A stretch of DNA of 64,000 bases from Bugula neritina (lineage: Eukaryota; Animalia; Bryozoa). Position 1 is the stretch's first letter. Each line of letters begins with the position of its first letter. The notes under the pieces were generated by a model. That model had not been told where the DNA came from and did no database searches. It saw only the letters and a program-made list of their open reading frames with translations. Positions 11,376-24,971 of this stretch are shown in pieces. The translations under genes and the position numbers were made by a program. The stretch spans positions 14,538,633-14,602,632 of the forward strand of contig OZ037769.1 of the NCBI GenBank assembly GCA_964035545.1. Direction: 5' to 3'.

Positions 11376-14300
11376 CTAAATAACTTCTAGTCCATGAATT
11401 TCCAGCTCATAAATATTGAGAGCTTCATTCACTTCAACAGCTGTTACTCTCACATATCTACCATACATTCTATAGTATGACATGTAACCAGAAATATATC
11501 TGCAGGTGGTTGTCCAGAAAGGTAGTCACAGATCTCATCTTCTGGTGGATCATCAAAGTTAGTGTCAGTTTCACCAACTGTTACTCTCACATTAGCTAGT
11601 CGGCCAGTAAGAGCTATCAAATATATAAGTAGGAATAAATAAATAATTTAATAAAGCAAAATAAATACTGAAAAAAAGTATTAAATATGTTATTATCCCG
11701 ATAACCTCACTTAACAGCTAAGTATAGCAACTATATGTATGCGCAAAATTTTCTAAGGAATGATTTTAGGAGTAATGTAATGTAAAACAATATTATAAAA
11801 TATAGCGCGTGCTCTATAACAAAAAAACTCGGTGTTAATTATTATTGGAAGCGTAATTTTAACTATTGGTCTAGACTCTAGAGTCTAGGGCTTTAGGCTT
11901 TGAAAGGTGTTGCTGGGAAACTTGAAGCCTTGTGACGTGTAATTGGTTTACTCGTCTGCTCGCAAGCCAAAGGCCTCTGGTTCGAATCCCAGTGAGGGCA
12001 AAGTTTTTTCATAAAAACATTACCATAAACTATATAACCTGTGTTCTAAAATAAAATTTGATTATTATATAAAACATTATTGTAACTATTGGTCTGAACT
12101 TAAAAAATAAAGAAGCTTTGTTGACTCACCTGAGTCAGGGTTCTCAGATCTGTCCCAGATCTTGACACCATCCACATAATAATTATCCTCCAAGTCTACT
12201 TGGATCCATGGCGACAATTCTTTCTCAGTGTGAGCAAGGCTTGCGTATTCATTAAATGGTAGATAGATGCCATCGATAGCCTTAAATCCTAAATAGTTTG
12301 GGGAGAGTGAGCTGCTTAACTTCACTACTTTGCCTGAAAATTAGAAATCAAATTGTGGGAATAAACTATATATGATGTATTTTAGGCAAGTAAAAAAAGT
12401 AATGTGAGGTAATAAAAAATCATATGAAGCATGTTAGTTTAACAAAATTAGCTCATTAAGTAACCAAAAGCTCTAAAAGAACTTGTAATATAGATTGTGC
12501 AACTCAAGAAATTGAGAAAAGTTATAAATCAATTCACCTTTAGCAAGATTGGTAGAAAACCCAAACACTGTCAAATCTTTAAAGTATGCCTTTTTTACAT
12601 AAAGCTGTCTACCGGTCTGTTTTGTAAAGTTTCTGAGTTTTGGTTCATCAGACATAAAGCAGGATGACACGATGTTGTAATATGACACAGCAACACAGGA
12701 GATAGAGATAGACAAGATTTGAGACTAGAAGTCCAGATCTGATAGGATATGGAAAGCATATCAGAGAAGGTCTGAATCAAGAAAGGACTTTCACCTGAAA
12801 TTAAAAAAGTGCTAATTATTATACCTATAAAAACTTTTTCTTATTGTATTTTTCTCTGTGGTTCCTATTTATACTGTATTTTAAAGGCAGTTTATTTTCT
12901 CACTCACCAGTATAACATATTAAGCTTCAAACATGTAAACTCTAGTTGAAAGTTGTTATATAGCTTGCTATTCTTAAATGAGAAAATTTATATCTGGGCT
13001 ATGCAGATATACTCTATAATATATTTGTTGTAAACTTAAGCTGTGTCAATCAATCTCTCTAGTCTATTTCTCAGTTTAGCTTTTCTTAATAAAAATGCTT
13101 ATTTATATGAATAAGTATTAAACCAGACACTGGGAGTTAGCAAATGGCTTTAGTACAAAGCTGTTGCATCATATACCGTAACACCATCATAATCATATTA
13201 TAGAAGGAACTTAAACCTATAGGTTTATTAATTACTTGTAAATAAAGATATCTTCATAAAGAAGATCATCTCCTCCAAGATTCCTTCTCTCAGCTGCATC
13301 AGAGGCTCCTTGAAGAGTCGACAAACTCTATTCACCGATTCAAAGACACCAGACTGACACTGACTTTGAAGGGAACTGCACTGAGTCACACATTCTAGTG
13401 CAGATCGGGCTGAAAAATTTGACCATGTATTTACTTTTTGTTCATTGTCATTTGTCATTGGTTTGCAGCTGTGTAATCAAAATATTAATCTAACATGCAT
13501 ACTATTATACATACCATAACAATAATGCAAGTCACAATAACTTCATAACATTAGGTATGAAAACCTTGCAAGGTAGTTATACTAAACTGGGATATTAACA
13601 CTATATATGTGTAAAATAATGAAATATTTTGAACTAGTATATATATATTGCCTTTCAAGTAGGCCTATACACACCAGAAAACAACACTATATAAAAATCT
13701 TTAGACGGACTTAAAAGCTACTCAAGAAACTTTACAATATTGTCAGAAACTTAAATACTTAAAATACAAGACTATGTCAATATATACATGGATTATGTGG
13801 TGACATAAAACAAAATAATGTTCAGTTGCATTATCATTTTGCTGTTGTGATTAGTTGTTTTTCTCCTGTACTGTACATTGCAATGATTGCTGTCTAGTTG
13901 CATTGCAATAGCACCTTCACAACTATTGTGATGGTTGCGACGGAACAGCTGTAAAACTCCCAGTTAAGAACCTGAGCTATAAAAATGTCCTAAGGTGCTC
14001 ACACCACATGAATTTGTAACACGATTCAGTAAAGTGATCCCTCAACATAAATTATAAATAAATGTTATGAAGCTATTTGAATAGATACAGAAATTACTAT
14101 TTGCATAATATATTATTAGTTTATATCTAGATAAATGTTTATATTTATATAAATATAAATACACACGCATGCACACGGCACTCCTTATATATATATATAT
14201 GTTTGTATAGTTATACATTTGTATAATATATTTATATATAATATCTGTAAAATTTTCTTTTATTTGATAAAAAAAACACATTTCTTCAATAAGTTTTAAT

Positions 14301-14948
14301 AAAACATTTTCACAATTATTCCTGAGTCATTTTTTGTATTACTGCTTTGTTTTAAAATTAATTTTGTGAGATTCTATTAGATTATGTGTATTCTGTAAAA
14401 ACTTATTTGAGCATTATTTTAAAATTCTTGTTTTATAGTGCAATAATGCCTTACAGCTCATAAATGAAAGTTGTTTTTAAATACATTTGATAATGCAAAA
14501 AGTTGAAATAAAAGTTGCATTATATTCATTTGTTATATATACAATCAAATAATTTAAATGCTCATGAGCATTTAAATTATTTGATTGTTACAGTTATATA
14601 AAAAGCTATATAAAAAGCATCTTTTTAATCAAACAAATTCTAATCTTTTCAGCCCTCAAACCTTAAGGTATTTGATTAGAAAATTATTTTTATACTGTAT
14701 ACTGTATAGCATATAGATAGTATAATAATATTATAATGCTATCTTAAAACAGTGATGTAACAAACAGCACCATAACAGCTAAAAGTAGCTTTAATATATT
14801 GACCTTTGTTTGACTCTTTAACTTGAGATCCTGAGCTGCTGTAAGCTGAAATATGTTTTGTACAATACACTTGCTCAGTCACTTTCCTAACAGCTAGAAT
14901 TGGTACAAGTTCAGAGGTTAACAAAAAGTAAAGAAAAAGCAGCTTCAT
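11376..14948 (-). pseudogene. Secreted PAN/apple plus F-type (fucolectin-like) lectin gene, frameshifted. Exons approximately 14948-14803, 13468-13236, 12794-12538, 12333-12130, 11613-11376
   Basis: Signal peptide MKLLFLYFLLTSELVPILA; PAN pattern SALECVTQCSSLQSQCQSGVFESVNRVCRL; F-type domain NLAKGK...AIDG...AHTEKELSPWIQVDL...KIWDRSE (H-x26-R spacing) and GRYVRV...LNIYELEIHG. Frame breaks near 12700 and 11472. Confidence 0.8.
11932..12000 (+). mobile_element. tRNA-derived SINE head in a lectin intron
   Basis: A-box-like GTGACGTGTAATTGG and B box GGTTCGAATCCC; similar to 339-410. Confidence 0.55.
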
Positions 14949-17584
14949 CTTAGAAATCACAACTTCACAGGCTGAAAGCATTCGAGTTACTGATATATAG
15001 TAGGGTGCTTAGTCAATTCTTAGTCAGTGTTCACTGTATTGTGAATTCCTTATTCCCTTAGCTATCCTCATGGTCAGTGATTGACCTGAACTGCATTAAA
15101 TATTAAGAAATTCAATAACATAGCTATTATGCTGAGCTAGGGTATTTGCCTGCTACTGATATACATCATAAAGGCTCTCTTTTAAAACTGCAATTTTCAG
15201 CTTTCTGCACATCATCTATCAGTGTTACTTAAATTCAATTTCTTTGTCATCTCAAAATGTGCTCATGCAAACTAAATGCATAGAATTTATATTTTGAAAC
15301 ATTGAAAAATATGAAAAAATCAATAACTCTATAATATACAGTTGACTTTTATTTTTAAGCTGCAATTTATTATCATAAAATGATACATATACTTGTATAT
15401 GATAAAAAATATTAAAATAAAATGCATCAAACCGTAACATTATGCATATTAACACTCAAAGTCAAAAGAATTTAATTGAAGCATCTAAAAGAAAATAATA
15501 ATTTCCAAATATAAATTTAACTTATAATCAAAGAAGTTTAGCTATATATATAGTTTATAGTGATATATAATAATTTTTCGCTGGTATAAGTAGTCATGAG
15601 TGTGTGTATGTTTTGATGCCAGCCATCATTGTTTTATTATGCAACCACCTTAATAAACCTTCCGTTAGATAAAAAGACATTTACTACATATTATATGCTA
15701 TAAGCAGTGAATTTAGTCTGCAGCTATATTACAGATTCATCATCAGAATTCAAATTGCAAAATTGCTCTATATGTATGCCTTTGCCCCTGATATCAATTT
15801 GTCAGGGTCAGCTTGATTAACAATCAGCTACTGAAAAGAATTTCAAAAATTAGCTTTCATATAACCTATCTGCAGAATTTTAAGATTGTTCGTTTCGCTT
15901 TAAGTTTTAATGGCATAATAATAATATTTTGCTCTATATTATTGAACATTTAGTCTGATTTTTCAATGTTTCTTCAAAGCCTATCTACACAGTTGGTTTA
16001 AGGTCATACTTTTCAGTTTCTGGCTCTTTGCCAGGTGCTTTATGTTCTATATGAGCAATGTTCCACTGATAGCTCGAACAGGTTGAATGTCACAAGAACA
16101 AAAAAAATATGAAAAGATAAAGAAACTTATGTTCTCCAATATACTTTTTTATTTTTTTCAAAAGCCAATTCATGTTTAAGTTATAGCGTGTTGAAAAATA
16201 TAGTCCCCCTTCCACATTCTTTTTAATTTATACGCTCCTGACTTGTTATTGTGTCTCAATATGCCTTGTATTTGAGTGCTTGTTAGTCTCCTTCACTAAC
16301 TTTGCCTATACTTCACAAGTGCCAGTGCTGCTGGCTCAAAAGCTAAATGTTATAAACTGTCAGCTAAAACCCAATCTTGTATTCATAGGTTGGTTGGCCT
16401 AAATAAAACGATAGTCAAATCATGATTTCATGTTTTAAAAATTTACTCTATTCTAACCTGCTGCCTAGCTAGTTCTATTTTTGATGTATAATTACAGAAT
16501 TTGTGAAACATTTTTTCGGCAACCATCCTAGTTATAAAATGCAGTAATGGTACTTATAATATTATATTATTATCATTATAATATATTATATAGTATTATG
16601 TGTGTTTTTATTATACTGCATAATATATATTTTATTATTGTTGTTGTGCAAACAAGTGCAAATAACCTAGTTTTCAAAATTTACCTCTAAATTATCAGAA
16701 TATCAGTTTAGATATTTTCATGCTTTGTTAGGTAAACCTAAAAAAAGAGGCTGTATTTCCAAAGTAAAGGGTGTTGAACTATGAACTACAATAGATTAGT
16801 CACTCTGCTACCAAGTGCATCAGTATAATATTATATGAATAGCTCTGATGCTTTGTCTCCAGTGGCTGGCTGCGAAATGATAACTTGGCCAACTTCCAAG
16901 AGTTTAAAATTGGCGCATTATTCAAGAGGTTACATACTGCACAGAGCTAGCAGTGATAGTAACCTTGCTATTGACAGTACTTATTACAACTGCCAGCATA
17001 TAAGCTGCATTGTAGAATGCCGTTGGGGTAGGCTAGTAAAATTAAATTCTGCTTTCTAATATACCTTAGACACAATGCAGCAACATAATTTTTAGTTTCA
17101 AATTACATTGCCACCCTTACATGAGCTGTGGGCTTCATAAAGATTCATATGATTAGAGATTTATGCTATAGGCCCTACCTGTGCTAGTGTATGATGAAAA
17201 TAACACACCATTGTCAAAGTTAACTTCAAGTATGTTGTTTTCCAGAAACTCAGTATTGTCCATTTATCTCTCGCATACAAATACTCATGTAATAGCATAC
17301 AGTTAAAGTTTTATTTTAGAGCACATTGGCAAACTCTACAATAAGAACTTGCTTTACCAGTCTATTTCAGACCTGTTTTTGTAGCTAGTAATACGCAAGC
17401 TACTTATTTTTAAACTTTTGGGTTATTTGTTCAAAACCATTAGCTTTGCTAGTAACCCGGGGCTATTGCAACAGTTCACTGCTAATCAACATGAATTGAC
17501 AGCCTAATAATTATAACCCATTTGCGCGCGAAATATTTATGTACTCATAGTTACTCATATAGTTGGCAATTTATTAACGATGAC

Positions 17585-17655
17585 TGCGTGGTTCAGAGGT
17601 TAAAGGCGTCGGCGAGAAGCTGGTTGGTTATGGTTCAATCCTGGTATGCTGCAAT
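17585..17655 (+). mobile_element. Degenerate tRNA-derived SINE head
   Basis: GCGTGGTTCAGAGGTTAA...GGTTCAATCCTGG shows A/B-box spacing but no proper cloverleaf. Confidence 0.4.
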
Positions 17656-19115
17656 TTTTTTTGTCAACTTATGCAAATCCTACGCATGTATAATAAATAT
17701 GGCTATAGTTGTAAAGTTTTTTTAACTTTTGTTCAACAGTAAGACAACATACATGCATAATACTTAGCTACTGAACACTGGGCTAAACTTTAAATTGATC
17801 TTATAGAATACAATGTACTTAAAATAATCATATGTGAATTAGAGAAACTGGAAGTACAACTGCTGCACTATAGACAGACCTTTACTGACAAGACTGCAAA
17901 GTGAAGTGATTTAGCTGAAATTAACTCTGCCAAACAAACAAAGAATTATGTTGTGCTGAGGCATTGTCAATAGATTGTAACATAGTGAGATGATTCAGCT
18001 AAGTGCTAATGTAAAACAGGGAACATTATATTGGCAGAAATCCAATAGATTGCCAATTTGTGCGAGAGGGTACTATAATATGTTATTGTGATAGCGCGCA
18101 GAGTGGCAAACGTACTAGGAATGTTATAATTAGTCACAGGAGCGTAGCTAGAACCACCATATGAAGAATTTAGAAAATTGCAGTGAAACTTGCATAATGG
18201 TGTATGTTTTTACCAAATTGTGAAGAGCATAAACAGAATTTCAAAAAACAAAGAAAGTATATTAGAGAAAACATATCAAGGAATGTCAAGTTTAACTTTT
18301 AGACTTTATAAAATGAATCCCCTGTGCTACAGCAGTGGAACATGGAGGGTGTAAAATTTTACTTATTATGCAACAACTTTCTCAGAAAATTATTTATTGA
18401 AAAATTAAAAAAGTATATGAAAGAGGAATGCAAAAGCTATCTTTTCATGTAAAATTTATTAATGTGAGACAAAAACTGTTCGAGCTATCCCCTGGAAACC
18501 GTTTATATATAACATAAAGCAGTGCCTGAATCTGGAAAGTAATGACCTTAAACTAACTGTGTAATTCACCTGCAAACACATTGCAAGAATTTCATAAAAC
18601 AGTCAACAAGTGGAACACTACTTTGTATATATAATAATATGTATCAGTTATCAAATATAACAATTTTATTTGTTTTAGAACTATAAATACAAGTTTTAGA
18701 TAAGCCTTCAACTAAAACTATCAATTTAAAATCATATAGCCCATTTAGTAATTATTTATTTTATTTTAATACGTTATGTGCAGGAATATTAGTTTAATTA
18801 CTGTTTTATATAGCTGCGTACTAAAGACCTGGTCAGTGTGATTATTTTAGTGAGTTATCTTCTCATTGTGACCTTTCTTTGCTCCAGATATTTTTACCAG
18901 AGTTACTTTAAACAAAAAACCAACTAATGCAAAGGACTTCGAATATGTTAGCTTGTTTTATATAACCTATATACTCCACAGAATTTTAAAACTGCATGTT
19001 CTTAAGAATTTGTGCTTTAAATTTTACTCGTATAATAGTGTTTTGCTTTATATTCTTGAATATTTATTCAGCTTTTACATCGTTTCTTCAAAGCCTATCT
19101 ATTTCACCTCCCAAC

Positions 19116-19225
<110 letters not shown>

Positions 19226-19795
19226 ATAGCATTTTATTTATAGTGCTTTTATACATTTGTATTACCTTTGTAAACATATTAGGATAAACCTCTTCTGTTA
19301 AATTATTCATAACATCCTAAAATTACCATGCATAAAGGCCTTTATTACTAAAATCAGAGATATTACGTAATGCTATTTTCTGCATAATTAGGTCACTTCA
19401 TAACACAATCTGAATACATAAAATCTTTGCACAAAGCCATATAATTTATGCATTTGGCATTAAAACAATATATACAGATAATTTATTAAATATAAGAATG
19501 ATAAAAAGTATACAATTACTAATATAATAACACTTAAGATGAATAACTAGAAACTGTTTAATTCAGTATTCATGATACATTTCTAAAAATAGTTTTCCAT
19601 GCATTAGGACAAAACGTCTTGAAACAAATGTCTTATAATTGCATGTGTTAAAGTAATTTTACAGTGAAAGGCTAAAAGATATTCTAAATGCATTAAACTA
19701 TTCGGTTTGTCTCACTTAATGGTTGGTATAACAAATATAACTTTGCTAAATGTTTTTAATTGTATTTCATGTTTTAATAGTGTTTAATAGTGTTA

Positions 19796-21476
19796 TCATC
19801 CAGAGTGTACTTTCATGTGAAGAGTTAGATGGTGTTTTCTGGTATAAGTCTTGCTACAAGTTTCACATTTGTATGGCCTTTCTCCAGTGTGAGTTCTCAT
19901 ATGAAGAGATAGAGTACTACTTTGTTGAAAAGTTTTATAGCATACTTTGCACCTGTATGGTCTTTCTCCAGTGTGTACTCTCATATGAAGAGTTAGATGT
20001 TCTTTTCGTCTAAAAGTTTTGCCACAAACTTCACATCTGTATGGCTTCTCTTCACTGTGTGTCCTCATATGAAGAGATAGAGTACTACTTTGTTGAAAAG
20101 TTTTATCGCATACTTTGCACCTGTAAGGTCTTTCTCCAGTATGAGTTCTCATATGAACAATTAGAGTTCCTTTCTGGGTAAAAGTCTGACCACATGTCTC
20201 ACATCTGTAAGGTTTTTCTCCAGTGTGAACTCTCATATGAGCCAATAGATTTGATTTTTGTTTAAAAGTCTTGCCACAACTTTCACATCTGTATGGCTTT
20301 TCATCACTGTGGATTTTTAAATGACTCAATAGATGGCTTCTTTGTGTGAAAGTCTTGTCACATAATTTGCATTTGTAAGGTTTTTCTCCACTGTGTATCC
20401 TCATATGAACAAATAAACTATTTCTCTGTGTATATGCTTTATCACACTTTTCACATTTATATGGCTTTTCTCTAGTATGAGTTCTTATATGAGCAGTTAG
20501 ATCTCCTTTTCGTATAAAAGTTTTACCACAACTTTCACATTTGTATGGTCTTTCCAAGGTGTGTTTTATCACGGGATTGAAAGTTAGTTCCTCCTTGTTT
20601 TCGAAAATGGTGTTACATGTTTCAAATTCATAAAAGTTTTCTTCATGTTTTATGTTCATATATTCAGGTAACTTTTGAGACTGTGAAACCTGTCTGCAAT
20701 GATTTCTGTATGAGTCATTCTTTTCTAGCTCCATGCATGTTCTAAAGTGTTCTTCACACTTCACACACATTTCAGGCTCTCTACTATTTTCTTCTGTGTC
20801 AAAGCCAAAAAACGAATAAATGAAGGCTTCCCCACACTCACTACATCTTTTAATATGTTTATTGCTGTGCATTGTAGGATATTTATTTGAAACTGGAGTC
20901 TGTGAACAACTTTCTTCTTTTGTCTCATCTGCTTCAACTTTAAACTCTAAAAGAGGAAATTCCAGATTCTCACCTCTCTCTCTATGTTTAGATGCTGATT
21001 CATGCTCTGCAATATTAATATCAAAACTTAATACAGTTTATTTTAATAAAATATGAAGGGCAGCAGCAGTGGTCTATAGGGTTTAAACCGTTTGCTTTGT
21101 GAACACGAAGTCATAGCTTCAAACCTTGCCAAAGGCCATTGGTGATGTTAGGAAGAGCATCTAGTCATAATTGCTTTTGTGACTCATTTAAAACAGTTCT
21201 TAGCACGTTCCAACAAAAACTATTTCTATCATGGAATCTCGTGAGAGAGCCACTATATAAACTTGTGTGAATTTAAAATATAAAAGTTGTTGTATATACA
21301 GTAGTTCAAGCAATGCATGAGGAGATAAAGTAAAATACATGCAAAAATTGTAAACTTATAGAAGCAACCTGTAAAATTTACTAAAACAAAATATTCTTAT
21401 AGATTTTTAAATTGAATAAAATTGTTTTTTAAAAGGCAATAGAAGACAACTCTTTATACTCACCACTGATAGACAT
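19796..21476 (-). CDS. C2H2 zinc-finger protein, paralogue 1 (9 fingers). Exons 21476-21464 (MSIS) and 21006-19796
   Basis: Nine CxxC-x12-HxxxH units with TGEKPY-type linkers. ATGTCTATCAGTG|GTGAGT splices in phase to TTGCAG|AG. Confidence 0.93.
21058..21280 (+). mobile_element. SINE (same family as 7512-7727) in the ZF1 intron
   Basis: GCAGCAGTGGTCTATAGGG...GGCCATTGGTGATGTTAGGAAGAGCATCTAG. Confidence 0.8.
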
Positions 21477-23454
21477 ATTGATATTTTAGTATTTCTACTC
21501 AATCCTGATAAAATAATAAAATACTCTAAAAGATATCATGGCCAATAAACAGAAGTACTAAATTAAAAGTGAAAATGCTTTAGAAAAACTTGGAAATATT
21601 AAAATATAGGAAGTTGTAGCTTAAAAAGCCATGGGATTGGTACAAGCAAAATTAAAAATTAAAATACACAACATAAAAACCAGCTATTTGGTTGCTGAAA
21701 GCTTTGAGGATGAGAAAGTATTGGAAAAGCAGCAACTGATTGACATATCTTATAAATTATTGCTTGAAAATTTGGTGAAGGTAAAGCCTCTCAGTCAAAG
21801 TCTTATAAAATATTCTTTGAAATTTATTGCTAATGTTTGTGCAACTTGCATGGGTGGATATATATAAGAATATATATATACCTATCTCAACATCACCAAA
21901 AAACTATAGAAGAAATCTCTCTATATTAATAATAAACCCTTTAAAAATCCTAGATACATAGAACAATAATGGCAAACATTTATATTTTCCAACCTTGAGT
22001 TCCTTTAAATTTAAGAATGACTTCTAATATAACTCAATGTCATAAAATACTTTTTGTAGACAGATGTCTATAAAGCTTACCCAGCTGTGAGTTCACCTCA
22101 AACATCAACTAAGTTCTAAAAATACTCTTGAAAATAGATAACTTATGGTGCCCATTTAATATATCTTATGGTTTATAATAATCTATTAATAGAATAAGTA
22201 AAAATCAAATTTTGAAACAATCATGATATTAAATATCAACTGACTGTAAAATGTTTCGACATGAATTTCATAAAACAGTCAACAAGTGGAACACTATTTT
22301 GTATATAATAATATGTGTCAGTTATCAAATATAATAATTTCTTTTTATGTTAGAACTATAAATAAAAGTTTTAGATAAGCCTTCAACTAAAAATATTAAT
22401 TTAAAATCATATAGCCCATTTGGTATTTATTTATTTTATTTCAGTACAATAGGTGTGAGAATAACAGTTTAATTACTGTTTTATAATTATTATAGTTGCA
22501 TACTAAAGACCTGGCCTCATAATCGTGAGAGTCACAGAAAACTCGTGCGATGATTTCAGTGAGTTATCTTCTCGTTGTGAACATATATGCCTTGCTCCTG
22601 ATATTTTTGTCAGGGTATTAGCTTAAATAAGAATCGGCTAATGAAAAGGACTTCAAATATATTAGTATTAATCTAAAAAATTTTAAAACTGTTCTTGAAA
22701 ATTTGTGCAATAAATGTCACTAGTATAATAATATTTTGCTCTATTATATTATTGAACATTTAATTTGCTTTTTAGACTTCTCTTCAAAGCCTATTTAATG
22801 CACCTCCCCACATATATATGTATAGCATTTTACTATAGTGCTTTTATATATTTATATTAGTTTTTTAAACATATTATATAAACATTATGTAATACTATTT
22901 TTTGCAGTATTAGGCCACTTTATTGTACAATCTGAATACATTAGTACATCTTTGCACAAAGCCATATAAATTATGCATCGGACATTAAAAACATGTGAGT
23001 ATGTTAAAATTTAATTAATATAAGAATGATAAAAAGTATACAATTACTATAAACACTTAATATATATAACTAGAAACTGTCTAATTCAGTATTCATGATA
23101 CATTTCTAAAAATAGTTCTTCATGCCTTAAGACCAAACGTCTTGAAGCAGTTACTTATAATTGTGGTAAAGTAATTTTGCGGTTACAAGGCTAAGAGTTA
23201 TTCCCAATACATTAAACTACCCTGTTTGTCTCACTAAACAGTTGGGAAAACAAATATAACTTTGCTAAATGTTTTTAATTATATTTCATGTTTTAATGTC
23301 GTTTCATCTCAATATGCAATTTTATGTAGTTATATAGCTAAATTTGAATAGCTTCTTAAAGTGTTCACAAGTTTACATAATTTGAATTTTTCATGCTGTG
23401 CTTTTATATAACAGTCTGTCTGCTTTCTCTGAACATCTGACCACATATTTCACA

Positions 23455-24971
23455 TTATTCTCCAGAGTGTACTTTCATGTGAAGAGTTAGATGGTGTTTT
23501 CTGGTATAAGTCTTGCTACAAGTTTCACATCTGTATGGCCTTTCTCCAGTGTGAGTTCTCATATGAACAATTAGAGTTTCTTTGTAGCTAAAATTCTGGC
23601 CACATGTGTCACATCTGTATGGCTTTTCTCCAGTATGAGTTCTCATATGAACAATTAGTTCTCCTTTTCGTCTAAAAGTTTTGCCACAAACTTCACATCT
23701 GTATGGCTTTTCTCCACTGTGTGTCCTCATATGAAGAGATAGAGTACTACTTTGTTGAAAAGTTTTATTGCATACTTCACATCTGTAAGGTTTTTCTCCA
23801 GTGTGTATTCTCATATGACTCAATAGATGGCTTCTTTGTGTGAAAGTCTTGTCACATGATTTGCATTTGTATGGTTTTTCCCCAGTGTGTATCCTCATAT
23901 GAATAGACAAATTACTTCTCTGTGTATATGATTTGTCACACTTTTCACATCTGTATGGCTTTTCTCCACTGTGAATTCTCATATGACTCACAAGATGGCT
24001 TCTTTGTGTGAAAGTCTTGTCACATAATTTGCATTTGTATGGTTTTTCTCCAGTGTGTATCCTCATATGAATAAATAAATTACTTCTCTGTGTATATGCT
24101 TTGTCACACTTCTCACATTTGTAAGGCTTTTCTAAGTTGTGCTTTTTAATGGGGCAAGAAGTTAGTTCGTTAGTTAGTTCATCCCTGTTTTTGAAAATGG
24201 TGTTACATGTTTCAAATTCATAAAAGTTTTCTTCATGGTTGATGTTCATTATATATTCAGGTAATTCCTGAGATTGTGAAACCTGTTTGCAATGATTTCT
24301 GTATGAGTCATTCTTTTCTAGCTCCATGCATGTTCTAAAGTGCTCTTCACACTTTGCACACTTTTTGAGCTCTTTACTATCTCCTTGTGTGTCAAGGCCA
24401 AACAACGAATAAAAGAAGTTGTTCCCACATTTGCTGCATCTTTTAAAGTTTTGATTGCTCTGCATTGTAGGATAGTTATTTGAAATTGACGTCTGTGAAC
24501 AACCTTCTTCTTTTGTGTCATCTGCTTCAACTTTGAACTTTAAAAGAGAAGATTCCAGATTCTCACCTCCCTCTCTATTCTCAGATGCAAAGTCTTGCTC
24601 TGGAATATTATTAGGAAACATTTACATTTTACTTAGATAAATATAAAAGGAAGCATGCAGCCATGGTCTACGGGTTAAAAGGTGTGCTTTGTGAACACAA
24701 AGTCATAATGTTAGAAACAGCATCCATGCAGTGTTGCTCTGAAATATTATATATTGAAAATATTATACCTATTTGTGTTGCTTTATTAACAACTCAAGGT
24801 CTATAAGACTATATAGTAGTTCAAGAAATGCCTTTTATAGGAAGTTAAAGACAAATACATGCAAAATTTGTGAGTTAAAAAAACAAAATATTCAAATACA
24901 TTTATAAACATAATTAACTTGTTTTATAAAAAGCAACAGAAGACAAATCTATACTCACCACTGATAGACAT
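23455..24971 (-). CDS. C2H2 zinc-finger protein, paralogue 2 (8 fingers). Exons 24971-24959 and 24599-23455
   Basis: Eight intact fingers; same short ATG exon and phase-1 intron as ZF1. Confidence 0.93.

Noticed and set aside
13780-13950. Additional lectin exon between exon 1 and the first PAN exon
   Set aside because: It has an acceptor and Cys-containing frames, but I could not obtain a phase-consistent open frame, so it is left out of the model.
21631-21867. Repeated plus-strand ORF MGLVQAKLKIK..., also at 56068-56367
   Set aside because: Lies antisense in duplicated upstream or intronic ZF sequence and is disrupted in the other copies; similarity reflects recent duplication.
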